DNA of 64,000 nucleotides from Opitutales bacterium (GCA_049599475.1 JBMYOQ010000006.1:53988-117987); one strand, 5' to 3'; counted from the first letter of the stretch, positions 50,834-63,609 are shown. Numbers and translations: made by a program. Notes: generated by a model from the sequence alone, not told the origin.

Positions 50834-51401
50834 GACGTTCTAGGGTAGATTTTAGTTTCTTTCGGGTGCGGTGGGCGACCACTTTTGTTTTTGAGCGAGA
50901 CCAATTCAAAGATTGCGCTATTTCATCGATGGAAAGGTCTTCAAAGTAAAATAGACAGATGACGGTTTTCTCCTCGGGCTTGAGGCTGGAGAGTATTGGT
51001 TCGAGTGTTTCCGAGGGGCTGATTGAGGTGTCGGATGTTTGGGATTCTGCTGCGAGGTTTTGCAATGCCAGGTCCTCTTGTTCAGTATCTTTGCGAAGCC
51101 ATTTTGAGATCGGGTTGCGTTTTTGTTTGCGGAGGCGATCCAAACCGAGGCGGTAGGTGAGCTGGCGCAACCACGGACCGAATTCTCCGCGCTGAGGGCT
51201 CCATTTGGACAATTTATTGTAGGCGTGAATGAGGGACTCCTGAACGGCGTCTTCAAGTCCGGCAGCATCGTAGTGGTGAAAGCGATACAGAATGCGCGCA
51301 AGATCTTGTTGGTATCTTCGAACAAGCTCGTCGAAAGCTCCCAGGTCTCCTGATTGAGCCCGCAGGGCGAGTGCATTGTCGTCTTCATCAAATAGCTGCA
51401 T
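50802..51401 (-). CDS. ECF sigma-70 factor
   Basis: GDLGAFDELVRRY, EDAVQE, FGPWL, LSIDEIAQSLNWSRSKTKVVAHRTRKKL. Confidence 0.92.
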   Translation of the reverse strand: MQLFDEDDNALALRAQSGDLGAFDELVRRYQQDLARILYRFHHYDAAGLEDAVQESLIHAYNKLSKWSPQRGEFGPWLRQLTYRLGLDRLRKQKRNPISKWLRKDTEQEDLALQNLAAESQTSDTSISPSETLEPILSSLKPEEKTVICLFYFEDLSIDEIAQSLNWSRSKTKVVAHRTRKKLKSTLERHGYSTIEQIL

Positions 51402-51447
51402 TGAATCGATCGCTCAGCCTCTAGGACAGGGCCCAGAGGCTGTGGGG

Positions 51448-52719
51448 TCAATTGGATTGCTCCCAGGAATCTGTATTGAAATTGTAAAACCATCCGTCGC
51501 TCAAGTAGAGAAATGTTTCATCCGTGAGTCGGTAAAGATAGGGCAGCTCCGATTCTTCTGCGAAATACCAAGTTTCCTCAGAGACGTCGTAGATCCATAT
51601 CTCATCGTTGTTGCCAGAGACTTGTCCGGAAGTGTCGATGTAAAGCCATCCGAGTTCGGCGTGATAGAGCCAAGGGGCGCGGGCGTCGTTGTAGAGTCCG
51701 AGGGCCCCGCTACGCCAGCCGTCTCCAACCGGTGTAGCTTCCCGGCGCGTGTCGACCCATTCGTGTCAAGTCGCGATTGCATCATTTTGCTCGTCGGCCA
51801 AAACCTGGGAAACTTCGAATTTGAAATCGAGCCGCAGGGTACGAAGGTCGACGCGATCATTTGCCAGAGTGTTGGCTGCAAGGGCGATGGTGTTATCATC
51901 TGCCTCTGCTCGAATGTGATCTATGATGGTGTCCCGGCTGTTGCTTACTTTTTTGCGAGCTGCGACGAGGGTATCTTCCACCTCTAAATAGAGATTCGTT
52001 ATTTCGTTGGTTTGCTCCTGAGTTAGCGCGAGGCTTTCTGCCTTTGCTTTGATTTCTTCTACAGTTGGATCGGACTCGATGCGGCCGCGAATTTCGTCGA
52101 TGGTTTCAGATTGCTCTGGGAATGCATCGATGAGTTCGTTGCGCCGTGTATCCAGTTCTTCAGCGGCGGTTGCGAAAATTTCAGCACGTCTTGCTTGGCG
52201 GCCCTCTGCATCGAGAGATTCTGCTTCGATCGTTTCGAGAACCGGTTCTACTGTGGCGTGAATATCGTCGATAATAGCTTCGAAGACTGCGATTTGGTCG
52301 GCGGTAAAGACGCTCACAATGTCTGCTCGGACGTCGCGCATCAGAATCGCTTTCTCGGTGATTGCGAGCTCGAGCTCGTTCACTAATTGAGCCCGGGTGC
52401 TCGGGTCGCCGTCCCATTCTTTCAAGGAATCAAATGCACTAAAAAGATCCTGCCGAGCCTGTTGGCGCGGTTCTTGGGTCTCCGCGAGCACCGAGAAAAT
52501 ATGCTCTATTTGTTCCTCTGTTAGATCCAGCTGGTGCGATAGGAAAAAGAGTCGAGCTTGTAAGGTGCGCAGGGGGTCGAGGCCTTGAAATGGGTTTGCT
52601 TGAAGGAGGGGGGCTATGAACACGAAGATGCACAGAATGAGTGCGGTGATGCGCTGTGCGCATGGTAGTTTTGGGTTTCGATTAGCGAGCTTCATGAGCT
52701 GAGCATTGGGTGATTGCAT
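51448..52719 (-). pseudogene. Tandem Spy/CpxP-like protein plus C-terminal aromatic repeat domain, interrupted by an in-frame TGA (51766-51768)
   Basis: Signal peptide and LTEEQ/FTADQ/LTQEQ/LADEQ motifs. After the TGA the frame continues 105 codons (HEWVDTRR...GWRSGALGLYNDARAPWLYHAELGWLY...WFYNFNTDSWEQSN). Confidence 0.7.
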
Positions 52720-52757
52720 GTGGTGAGTGTGTCCGCGGTTTCTGCGGTTATCTCATG

Positions 52758-52785
52758 CTACGCTCGCTCGCGTGGAGGGGTTACA
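52758..52785 (-). promoter_or_regulatory. Putative ECF-dependent promoter
   Basis: TGTAAC-N17-CGTAG upstream of the operon that encodes the ECF sigma. Confidence 0.55.
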
Positions 52786-52909
52786 ATTACCTCGAAAAAA
52801 CGTTCAGGGCGCAGGTGAACGTCCACGCACTGAGTGCGACGATTTAAGTGATTGGTAGGCAAAGGGCTTCCCTGTGGAACCGAAGCCTTCGAAATCGCAG
52901 TGATGTCGC

Positions 52910-53389
52910 CTAGGCAGGGTCGGGTTCGCCTTCGTCGGGCTTGCCGAAAGAGAGGAGGCCGCTGCTGTATTCCTTGCCGTAGCTCAGGTGGAGGCTGGCT
53001 ACTTGGTAAATCCCGGACAGCACGTCGTCGTTTTTCAAGGGTGACAAGGGGTGGATGTAGGCTGCGTAGAGCACATCATTGCTCACGCAGTACCGAGCAT
53101 CCAGTGCGCTGTGGAAATTGGATTCCATCATCTGGTCTTTCTCTGCGTCTGTTACCTCAGAGTACGCTTTGATGGGGCTGATGATGCGCATGCGATTGTG
53201 TGCTTCATCGTAGATGCAAATAAGCGGGACGTTTTCGAACTCGAACTCGATGACGTTGCCCATGGCGGACATTTGATCTTCCACCAACTCGCGAATGACA
53301 GTTTCCAAGCCGGCGCCATCCATCGGAGCGTCTCCGGCAAACATAGAGTTTAATGAAAATCCCATTATTAGTAAGAGTAAGCGATTCAT
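52910..53389 (-). CDS. Secreted YbjN/CesT-chaperone-like fold protein
   Basis: Signal peptide, NRMRIISPI, ESNFHSALDARY. Confidence 0.65.
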   Translation of the reverse strand: MNRLLLLIMGFSLNSMFAGDAPMDGAGLETVIRELVEDQMSAMGNVIEFEFENVPLICIYDEAHNRMRIISPIKAYSEVTDAEKDQMMESNFHSALDARYCVSNDVLYAAYIHPLSPLKNDDVLSGIYQVASLHLSYGKEYSSGLLSFGKPDEGEPDPA

Positions 53390-53453
53390 AACGCGGAGTC
53401 ACAGAAATATTAAAAGAATCGTGGAGGCTGGGCCTTTGCTTAGTTTTGGAGAG

Positions 53454-53936
53454 TCAGCCTTTTGAAATGTCGCTTTTTCCGCCGGTTTTTTCGACCAGCT
53501 CAATATCGCTGATACGCATATCCTGTGATAGAGCCTTGCACATATCGTATAGGGTGAGGGCTGCCGCTGACACTGCGGTGAGCGCTTCCATCTCGACGCC
53601 GGTTTTACCGCTGAGTTTCACAACGGATTCTATCTTCACGCGCGATTCTTCAGGCTCAGGGGTGATGAAAACCTTTATGCTCTCCAATATCAGGGGGTGA
53701 CAAAATGGAATCCAATCTGAAGTCCGCTTGGCTGCCTGTGTGCCGGCAATGATCGCGGTGTGAAAGACGGGTCCCTTTTTTGTAGCTATGTCGCCATTCT
53801 CCAGTCGTGCGAAGACTTCCGTGGGAAGATATACATAGCCGCGCGCTTTGGCCATTCGTTGCGTTGGGGCCTTGTTGGAAACATCCACCATGGTGGGCTG
53901 GTTCGTCGCATCGTCGATGTGGGAAAGCTGGGACAT
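53454..53936 (-). CDS. moaC: Cyclic pyranopterin monophosphate synthase
   Basis: MVDVSNK, IPFCHPL, TGVEMEAL, YDMCKA, KTGGKS. Confidence 0.96.
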   Translation of the reverse strand: MSQLSHIDDATNQPTMVDVSNKAPTQRMAKARGYVYLPTEVFARLENGDIATKKGPVFHTAIIAGTQAAKRTSDWIPFCHPLILESIKVFITPEPEESRVKIESVVKLSGKTGVEMEALTAVSAAALTLYDMCKALSQDMRISDIELVEKTGGKSDISKG

Positions 53937-53943
53937 GCGGAAA

Positions 53944-53971
53944 GGATGAAGGATGAGAGATGAAGGATGAA
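53944..53971 (+). repeat. Heptamer tandem array (RGATGAR)4
   Basis: GGATGAA GGATGAG AGATGAA GGATGAA, same unit as at 27792. Confidence 0.85.
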
Positions 53972-54110
53972 GCTTAAACTGGGTAATGGTACATCTGAAC
54001 GGTTGGGTGAATTTTGTTTAAAGTTAAATAAGCGAACAAAGGCTCGGTGTTTTGGAGCGCTACAATATTCCGTAGTACGTGTTTTGATGGTTCCACTTCC
54101 ATTTACCACT

Positions 54111-55529
54111 ATGAGAAAATTTTCCCCCTTTATTCAGGTGCTGGCCGTGAGCCTACTGTTTATGGCAACTGTGTTTAATGCGCACGCTGCCAAAGACGCA
54201 CCGATGAACGTGCTCTTTATCATTGTCGACGACTTAAGCGTCGATGTTGCTTCATATGGCCACCCCGTCGTCAAAACGCCAAATCTGGATAAGTTGCGCG
54301 CGCGTGGAATCCAATTTAACAACGCCTATAGCCAGTATCCCCTCTGCAACCCGAGCCGGAACTCCCTGCTGACCAGCCTGTATCCAGGGACATCGGGCAA
54401 TCTCAGCAACTCGGATCACATCCGCGATTTGGTGCCCGATGTCGTGACCCTGCCAGAGCTTTTTAAAAAGAACGGCTACACGACGATTACCACCGGTAAG
54501 GTGTTCCACCATGAAGACCCGCAATCTTGGTCGAAAATTTCCGATATTGTATCTGGAGATGTTCATCCCGAGGGAAAGGAATATAAGTTTTACCGACCCA
54601 AGGGTGAGGAGGGTAAGACCAAAGGTGATGGCGCATTATTGAGCGACGGCTCGCTCCGTTGGTTTCAGTGGCGCTCAGTCTCGGAAGAAACCGAGCAGTA
54701 TCTTAAAGACTATCAATCGGCCAATACCACGATCCGACGCATCGATGAGTTGGCGGAATCGAAAGAACCGTTTTTCCTAGCCTTTGGCTTGGCGCGCCCG
54801 CACGACCCGTTTTTCGCCCCCAAGCGCTTCTTCGACATGTATCCAGATGAAGTCCTGGAACTGCCTACGGAGCCTGATGATGCTTCTGAATGGCCGATCA
54901 GTGCCTTCAACCGCGAGTTTAAGGAAGTATTCTCGAAGATGACTGAACAGGAAAGCTATGATGCCCTGCGGTCATTTTACGCCGGTATCTCCTATATGGA
55001 CGAGCAGCTCGGGCGGGTCGTCGACCACTTTGATGCCACAGGCTTGAGCGACAATGCCCTGATCGTGTTTATGAGTGATAATGGTTATCACGTCGGCCAC
55101 AACGGATACTGGAACAAATCCACTCTGTTTGAGCGCTCCTGCTTGGCTCCCTTGATTTTTGCTGCTCCGGGTATTCCGACTGCGGGTCAGAGCACCAATC
55201 GCATTGTCGAATTCATAGACATTTACCCGACCATCGCGGAGATCTGTGGACTCGAGGTCCCGGAACACGTGGAAGGCTCAAGCCTGTTGCCGCTGCTGCG
55301 TGATGCGAATGCACCGTGGGATGAGATCGCGTATTCTTATGTAAACCGGAGTCGCTCGGTACGTGATGATCGCTTCAGGTACTCGCAATGGTCTAGCGGG
55401 CATCAAGCTCTTTGGGATCACAAGAATGATCCAAATGAATACTATAATCTAGCGGATAATCCAGAATACGCCTCGGTTGTCGCGCGTATGAAAGGCCTCA
55501 TCGATAAGATGCCTGAACCGGATAAGTAA
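54111..55529 (+). CDS. Formylglycine-dependent sulfatase (iduronate-2-sulfatase-like)
   Basis: Signal peptide, VDDL, CNPSR, GKVFH, RPHDPF. Confidence 0.92.
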   Translation: MRKFSPFIQVLAVSLLFMATVFNAHAAKDAPMNVLFIIVDDLSVDVASYGHPVVKTPNLDKLRARGIQFNNAYSQYPLCNPSRNSLLTSLYPGTSGNLSNSDHIRDLVPDVVTLPELFKKNGYTTITTGKVFHHEDPQSWSKISDIVSGDVHPEGKEYKFYRPKGEEGKTKGDGALLSDGSLRWFQWRSVSEETEQYLKDYQSANTTIRRIDELAESKEPFFLAFGLARPHDPFFAPKRFFDMYPDEVLELPTEPDDASEWPISAFNREFKEVFSKMTEQESYDALRSFYAGISYMDEQLGRVVDHFDATGLSDNALIVFMSDNGYHVGHNGYWNKSTLFERSCLAPLIFAAPGIPTAGQSTNRIVEFIDIYPTIAEICGLEVPEHVEGSSLLPLLRDANAPWDEIAYSYVNRSRSVRDDRFRYSQWSSGHQALWDHKNDPNEYYNLADNPEYASVVARMKGLIDKMPEPDK

Positions 55530-55558
55530 TAAGTCTCTTTAGCCCCAACGTCTCCCTT

Positions 55559-56926
55559 ATGAAGATTCTACACTATCTTTCGATATTTACCCTCATTTTG
55601 GGCTCAGCCTTCGCAAAGCAGCCCAATATAATTTTTATTCTATGTGACGATCTAGGCTATGGAGATCTGGGAGTGACGGGCCACCCCTATGTCATGTCGC
55701 CCAATATCGACCGCCTAGCCGAGGAAGGGATGTTGTTCGAACATGGATACATGAGTGGAGCCTGGTGCTCGCCCAGTCGGGCATCGCTCATGACGGGGCT
55801 GTATCCTTCGAGATATTTTAATAATACCCGTGAAATGGATCCGGACCGGGTTACTCTTTACGACGTAATGAAAAGTGCAGGATATAAGACTGCGCATTTC
55901 GGTAAGTGGCACATGAGTGGTAAGAAGAAGAATGATCCGACTCCTGATATGTATGGAGTCGATGAATACTTTATAGCAAATGGTAATGGAGAGGCCTGGA
56001 CTCGCGAGCAGCGCCAGCATCCCCACTGGCGTGAGAATACCACTAAGCATTATGTCGATCTCACCATTGATCTACTGGAGCGTAATAAGGATTCAGATAC
56101 ACCACTATTTGTAAACCTGTGGGTCTATCCAACGCACTCATACATCAATCCGACTCCGGAAATGCTTTCTTGGTACAAAGACCTCAAGGTGGATATCAAT
56201 GATTTCGAGAATCCGCTCCAGCGTGAGTTCCTCGAGTGGATCGATCAGCAGGGCGACGTGGAGCAGGCGATGCGTGGGTATTGCTCTGACATTACAGAAC
56301 TAGATAATCACGTAGGGCGCCTCATGCAGACTTTGAAAGATCTCGGAATGGATGAGGATACGATGGTCATCTTTTCTAGTGACAACGGTCCTGCGCCTTT
56401 GGGCCCAGGGACTCAGGGACTGGCTAAGCGTATCAAAGAACGTCCTACGTTGATTAATTGTGTGGGCTCTGCTGGACCTTTGAGGGAACGAAAGTCATCC
56501 TTGCATGATGGAGGTATGCGTGTGCCTTACATCGTGCGCTGGCCGGGAAAAGTGCCGGCAGGCACTGTGAACACAGAGTCGATCGTGACCGGTGTTGATT
56601 TTCTCCCAACTATGGCAGCTTTAGCGAAAGCAGAGCTTCCGAACGATCCGTTTGATGGCGTAAATATGTTGGCGGCCTATGCAGGTAGGCCTTTGAAGCG
56701 TCCACAGGCTCATTTCTGGAACGATCGACCAGGCTGGTCAGCCGTTCGCGATAACGAGTGGAAGGCGCATTTGATACGCAACGAGTTCAAGCTATTCAAT
56801 ATTCTAGAGGATCCCTCCGAGAGTGTGGACTTGTCCACACAACTACCTGAGGTGGCAGACCGCTACCATCGGAAACTAAAGGCCTTCGAGACGGAGGTTA
56901 AGCCGACTAAATGGGTAGCTAAATAG
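55559..56926 (+). CDS. Formylglycine-dependent sulfatase (arylsulfatase-like)
   Basis: DDLGYGD, CSPSRASLMTG, GKWH, SSDNG, GGMRVP. Confidence 0.92.
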   Translation: MKILHYLSIFTLILGSAFAKQPNIIFILCDDLGYGDLGVTGHPYVMSPNIDRLAEEGMLFEHGYMSGAWCSPSRASLMTGLYPSRYFNNTREMDPDRVTLYDVMKSAGYKTAHFGKWHMSGKKKNDPTPDMYGVDEYFIANGNGEAWTREQRQHPHWRENTTKHYVDLTIDLLERNKDSDTPLFVNLWVYPTHSYINPTPEMLSWYKDLKVDINDFENPLQREFLEWIDQQGDVEQAMRGYCSDITELDNHVGRLMQTLKDLGMDEDTMVIFSSDNGPAPLGPGTQGLAKRIKERPTLINCVGSAGPLRERKSSLHDGGMRVPYIVRWPGKVPAGTVNTESIVTGVDFLPTMAALAKAELPNDPFDGVNMLAAYAGRPLKRPQAHFWNDRPGWSAVRDNEWKAHLIRNEFKLFNILEDPSESVDLSTQLPEVADRYHRKLKAFETEVKPTKWVAK

Positions 56927-57066
56927 TCCTTTCCTAGTAGCGAGTATTTTGAGTGACGCATTTTGAGTAAAAATGCGCGCGAAAAGGCATAAAGTATTAT
57001 TAATATCTTGTGCCCTTTTTGGGGTTTGCGGGTTAGTATGAGTGTCTTACTAAAACAACTCGTCCT

Positions 57067-59043
57067 ATGAACATACCCATCCTTCGAAAACCCCTCTTCG
57101 TAGTATCCTTCCTCGTTTTAGCGAGTGAAATCTTAGCTCTGAGTCTGAATGGCCTATTTACCGATAATATGGTGCTTCAACGCGAGAAGGCCGTTCCTGT
57201 GTGGGGAAGCGCGGCGCCCGGTAGCACGGTAGAAGTTTCGTTTGCCGGACAAACGCTTCGGGCGAAAACAGCCGCTGATGGCGAATGGACTGTCGAATTA
57301 TCTCCTCTTGAAGCCTCATCCAAGCCACAGATCTTGAATGTGGTCGAATTGGGAACGGAGGAGCGTATCTCCAGGAACAATATTCTGGTGGGAGATGTTT
57401 GGCTCTGCACAGGGCAATCGAATATGGCTTGGACCATGGACCGTTTTCTATTCTGGGATTCGATCAAAGACGCTTTCAGCAACGACCAGATTCGTATGTT
57501 CAAAATCAAAGAAGGAGGTGTGGGTAGTCCTCAGCCGAGTAAAGAAATTGTCGTGGACAAAGATTTTCAAAACTCCTGGCAGCTATGCACTCCGGAGTTC
57601 GCCCAGCATTTCTCGGCGACCGCAGGATTTTTCGGAATGAAACTGCAGCCCGCTGTCGATGTGCCGATCGGGCTGCTCTACGCGAATCGGGGCGGTACTG
57701 CTGTAAATATGTGGCTCCCGCGCGAGGTCATGGAGGCGAAGGAAATCTATGCGGATTATTTGGATCCCTCGAATCTGAATTAGAAGGCTACTAAGCGTAA
57801 TCCCGACGCAATCCGTGCGCCTTCTCACCTGTTTAATGGCACAATCAATCCGCTTGTTCCATTCGCGGTGAAAGGAGCCATTTGGTATCAAGGTGAATCG
57901 GATGCAATGCAGGCTCACCTTTACCAAGAGATGTTTACAGATGTGATTCAGTCGTGGAGGCAACTTTGGGGCTACGAGTTTCCATTCTTGTTTGTTCAGT
58001 TGGCCCCGTACGGAAATGTTCGGCAGGACGTAAGTGGCGAGTCCTGGGCATGGTTGCGCGATGCTCAAACTCAGACGGCGAAGACCGTCCCAAATGCCGA
58101 TATGGTCGTGATTACGGATGCTGGCGAAGAAAAAGATATTCACCCGCATCACAAGCGAATCCCTGGAGAGCGCCTCGCAATGAAAGCGATTGCCCTCGAG
58201 AATCCGGATGTAGATGCGAGCAGTCCCGAGTTCGAAGGCATGCGCATTGACGGTAACAAAGTTGTATTAAAATTTTCAAACGTTTCTGGCGGCCTCGAAG
58301 TGCGCCGCGTGGCTATGAACCGAAGCCGTGGATTTCTCCCAGGAGAAGCTCCAGATGCGGTGGTGCTCGAATCTCTAACCGGTTTTAAGGTGGCTGGAGC
58401 CGATGGAAATTTTGTCGATGCCGATGCCAAAATCGTTTCGAAAGACACAGTGCTTGTGCATTCTGAAGGGATTGAAGCACCGAAGTATGTCCGGTATGGA
58501 TGGACTAATTTTACGTTGTGCAACCTTTATGGGGGGAATGGTATGCCTGCTATTCCTTTCCGTACGGATTCGCTTGATATGCCGGAATTTCGCTCGAAAT
58601 TCAAAATACGCGCTTTCGGCGGAGAGCGGCGTTTTTGGGGGACACCCCTGGAGGTCGTCGAAGTGGCGGATGGTGCGTATACCCGGACTACGCTGGACGA
58701 GCAGGAGGCCTATACGACCAAGAACAGCCAAAATTACCTCTATCTGAAGCATCCTCAAACCGGCCCGAGGACCGGCATCCTTCGGATTGTGTATCTGGAC
58801 AAAGGTTCGGGCAGTATCGAAATTCGCTACGATTCGACCAGCAATGAGATCATTGGCGGTACTACAGCGAAAGGAGTTTGGAAAAACGCGGGTCTAATCG
58901 GAAAAAGAAATACCGGCACCTGGCGCGTAGTTGAGGTCCCATTGCAAGATGGGCGCTTCGAAAAACGCTGTAACGGGGGCGACTTCCGCCTCTCGGGCGA
59001 TATCCAGTTAGCGATCGTTGGTGCGTTTTTTGAGGAGAAATAA
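57067..59043 (+). pseudogene. Sialate O-acetylesterase (SASA/SGNH) gene interrupted by an in-frame TAG (57781-57783)
   Basis: GQSNM lies before the stop. PSHLFNGTINPL, WYQGES and DIHP lie after it in the same frame. Confidence 0.8.
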
Positions 59044-59125
59044 CGCGGAGTAAATTTACTCCGGTACGGATTGGGTAAACCGTCTTGGCGAACCTGTTTT
59101 GTTTTTAAGGAAGGATGTAGGCGTT

Positions 59126-61144
<2,019 letters not shown>

Positions 61145-61546
61145 CTAGCTCGTGCGTCCAGTACGCTTCGGCCATTCAAGGATTGAGCGATAGAGCGGCC
61201 ATTTGAGGTAGCATAGCGTGGCCAGTACTGCGCCGAAAGTGTCGGCGAGCCAGTCTAGGAAATCGGTGTAGCGGCCAGGTACGAAATGCTGGTGGACTTC
61301 ATCGCTAACGCCGAACAGGGAGGTAAGAATAATTGCCCAAAGTCCAGCCGTGAATGGCTTTTTAAATGTTAGAAACCAGCGTAGCCAAATCGTCGCTAGA
61401 AATCCGTAGACCAGGGCGTGGATTATTTTGTCCTGGTGGTCGATATCGAAAACGTCGGGTATCTCGACCGGTTGGTGTGAGACAGCGGTGATCGTAAGGC
61501 AGATGAGTACGCCAGGGATCCATCCATATTTAGATGCTTTTGCCAT
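61145..61546 (-). CDS. VanZ family membrane protein
   Basis: DKIIHALVYG, DEVHQHFVPGR, DWLADTFG. Confidence 0.9.
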   Translation of the reverse strand: MAKASKYGWIPGVLICLTITAVSHQPVEIPDVFDIDHQDKIIHALVYGFLATIWLRWFLTFKKPFTAGLWAIILTSLFGVSDEVHQHFVPGRYTDFLDWLADTFGAVLATLCYLKWPLYRSILEWPKRTGRTS

Positions 61547-61554
61547 ACCGAGCC

Positions 61555-61953
61555 TTAGAGTCTGTTCCCGCTTAACTGTTCGCCTATCTTCGCGCCGGTG
61601 ATCGCTAGGAAGAATGCGATGATGCCCCCAATGACAAGTTTGCTCATGGAGAAATGGAGGAAGCTATAGGGTGTGAAAAAGGTGATCGAGAGCATCAACG
61701 CTAGCGACAGAAACGCCCCCAGGGCTGGTTCTAAGAGGCGAATTCCGGGAGAAATGAGTCCGACAATGAGTCCACCCAAGAAGTAGCTCGCTAGATTTAG
61801 CAGACCTTTCAGGAGGAAAGCCAGGTGCATCGATTTGTATTTGCCTACCACGAAGTCGGCCACCAGTTGCCCTAGGGCAAGCTCCAGAACGATAAAAATG
61901 AGCATACTGAAAAACATCCACTTCTTCGAAAAGGGTCTGCTTTCAGTTGTCAT
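61555..61953 (-). CDS. Hypothetical 4-TM membrane protein
   Basis: Four hydrophobic segments, co-oriented in the purEK-ligA run. Confidence 0.7.
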   Translation of the reverse strand: MTTESRPFSKKWMFFSMLIFIVLELALGQLVADFVVGKYKSMHLAFLLKGLLNLASYFLGGLIVGLISPGIRLLEPALGAFLSLALMLSITFFTPYSFLHFSMSKLVIGGIIAFFLAITGAKIGEQLSGNRL

Positions 61954-61984
61954 AAGAGCGTGGATTCGAGGCGAGCCTAGGGAA

Positions 61985-63079
61985 TTATGATTCTAAGAGC
62001 GTCACGTGCCCCATTTTTCTTCCAGGGCGGGCTTCGCCTTTGTCGTAGAGGTGCAGTTTGCTCTTGGAGTTTTTGAGCATTTCTTCCCAGTCGGGTTCAC
62101 CCTCAGACCAACGGTCACCGAGCAAATTTATCATTTTTGCCGGGGTATGCAGGCTGGGGTCGCCAAGAGGCAGGCCGCATACGGCACGGATATGTTGCTC
62201 AAATTGGGACGTAATGCAGGCGTCGATACTGTAGTGCCCCGAGTTGTGTGGGCGAGGTGCTAACTCGTTGACCAAGAGCGTGTTATCGGGGGCTAGGAAG
62301 AATTCCACAGTGATCAATCCTACGACATCTAACTCTTCCGCAATCTTCCGCGTAATCCGTTGACCTTCGGCTTCGATCTGTGAAGGGAGTCCGCAGGGCA
62401 CGGTGCTCTCGGCTAGGATATGATTGCGGTGAGCATTGCGGGCCATCGGAAACATACGGCTGGTTCCGTCGGCACGGCGCGCACAGATGCAGGAAAATTC
62501 CCCTGTATGCTCGATCCATTGTTCCACGACGACTTCCTTTGCGCCTATAGTGTCCCAGACCTTCTTTTTGTCTTTGGTTTTGAACTCGGTGAGCTTGAGT
62601 TGGCCCTTGCCGTCGTAGCCAGACTCGGCGCTTTTTACAACGCAGGGAGTCCCTACTTTTTCAATAGCCTTGGCCATCGCATCGGCGCTTTTTGCCACGC
62701 CGTAAGGCGCTACGGGAACATCGATACTGCTCAAAAACTTTTTCTCGCGCGAACGGTTTTGGCAAATGCGCAAGATTTCGGCCTTGGGAAACACCGGTTT
62801 AATCTTTGCAACCGTATCCACGGCGCTCGCGTCAATGTTTTCAAATTCCAGAGTCACCACATCCACGCTCTTCGCGAAAGCCTCCAAGGCTTCGGTGTCA
62901 GAATAAGGAGCCGCTGTGTGGGCGTCTGCTATACGACCGGCTGTGCAATTCTCGGATGGATCAAAAACGTGAAAGCGATAGCCCATGGGACGGCCAGCGA
63001 TGATCATCATGCGGCCCAGTTGACCGCCTCCAAAAATACCGATCGTCGATCCAGGTAGAAAAACTTTGTGTTTGCTCAC
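61985..63079 (-). CDS. purK: N5-carboxyaminoimidazole ribonucleotide synthase
   Basis: GGGQLGRM, EFEN, GYDGKGQ, NELAPRPHNSGH, RKMGH. Confidence 0.97.
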   Translation of the reverse strand: MSKHKVFLPGSTIGIFGGGQLGRMMIIAGRPMGYRFHVFDPSENCTAGRIADAHTAAPYSDTEALEAFAKSVDVVTLEFENIDASAVDTVAKIKPVFPKAEILRICQNRSREKKFLSSIDVPVAPYGVAKSADAMAKAIEKVGTPCVVKSAESGYDGKGQLKLTEFKTKDKKKVWDTIGAKEVVVEQWIEHTGEFSCICARRADGTSRMFPMARNAHRNHILAESTVPCGLPSQIEAEGQRITRKIAEELDVVGLITVEFFLAPDNTLLVNELAPRPHNSGHYSIDACITSQFEQHIRAVCGLPLGDPSLHTPAKMINLLGDRWSEGEPDWEEMLKNSKSKLHLYDKGEARPGRKMGHVTLLES

Positions 63080-63081
63080 GA

Positions 63082-63609
63082 TTATTCGTCTTCAAGTGAA
63101 GGGAGTTCCGTATCCAAGACGGTTTCAGTCTGGAAGGAGCGAAAGGCGTCGTAGCGATCGGCCAGGGCAGGGTCTTCCAAAGAGAGGATAGCCGCCGCGG
63201 AAAGGGCTGCATTCGCTGCGCCTGCTTTTCCTATGGCGAGTGTTGGGACGGGGATGCCTGCAGGCATTTGCACGATCGAAAGCAGAGAGTCTAGGCCGTT
63301 TAAGGTGCGCGATTGCACGGGCACGCCGAGCACGGGAAGTGGGGTGAGTGCGGCGACCATGCCTGGGAGGTGGGCTGCTCCTCCGGCTCCGGCGATGATT
63401 ACTTTAAGGCCGCGAGCTTTGGCGCTTTCCGCATAGTCGACGAGTTTCCGCGGCGTGCGGTGAGCACTTACGATTTCGCTTTCAAAAGGGATCTCCAGCT
63501 GCTCGAGGCGGAGCGCGGCGTTCTTCATGGTCTCCCAATCGGACTGGCTCCCCATGATGAGGCCGACAAGCGGTTTGGCTGCTTTTTTTGCTGTAGACTC
63601 TGTCTGCAT
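63082..63609 (-). CDS. purE: N5-CAIR mutase
   Basis: [29 protein letters not shown]. Confidence 0.97.
   Translation of the reverse strand: MQTESTAKKAAKPLVGLIMGSQSDWETMKNAALRLEQLEIPFESEIVSAHRTPRKLVDYAESAKARGLKVIIAGAGGAAHLPGMVAALTPLPVLGVPVQSRTLNGLDSLLSIVQMPAGIPVPTLAIGKAGAANAALSAAAILSLEDPALADRYDAFRSFQTETVLDTELPSLEDE

Noticed and set aside
51720..51768. Selenocysteine recoding of the TGA
   Set aside because: No convincing SECIS hairpin follows, and the position is not a Cys/redox site.
56957..57020. Two inverted repeats upstream of the esterase gene
   Set aside because: Cannot distinguish terminator from operator, and there is no second copy to support a motif.
57781..57783. Pyrrolysine or genome-wide TAG reassignment
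   Set aside because: TAG ends many intact genes here (e.g. at 7773, 8387, 37379, 42352), and no pyl genes are seen.
59046..59063. Perfect 18-bp palindrome CGGAGTAAATTTACTCCG
   Set aside because: Single copy between convergent genes, most simply a terminator-like hairpin.
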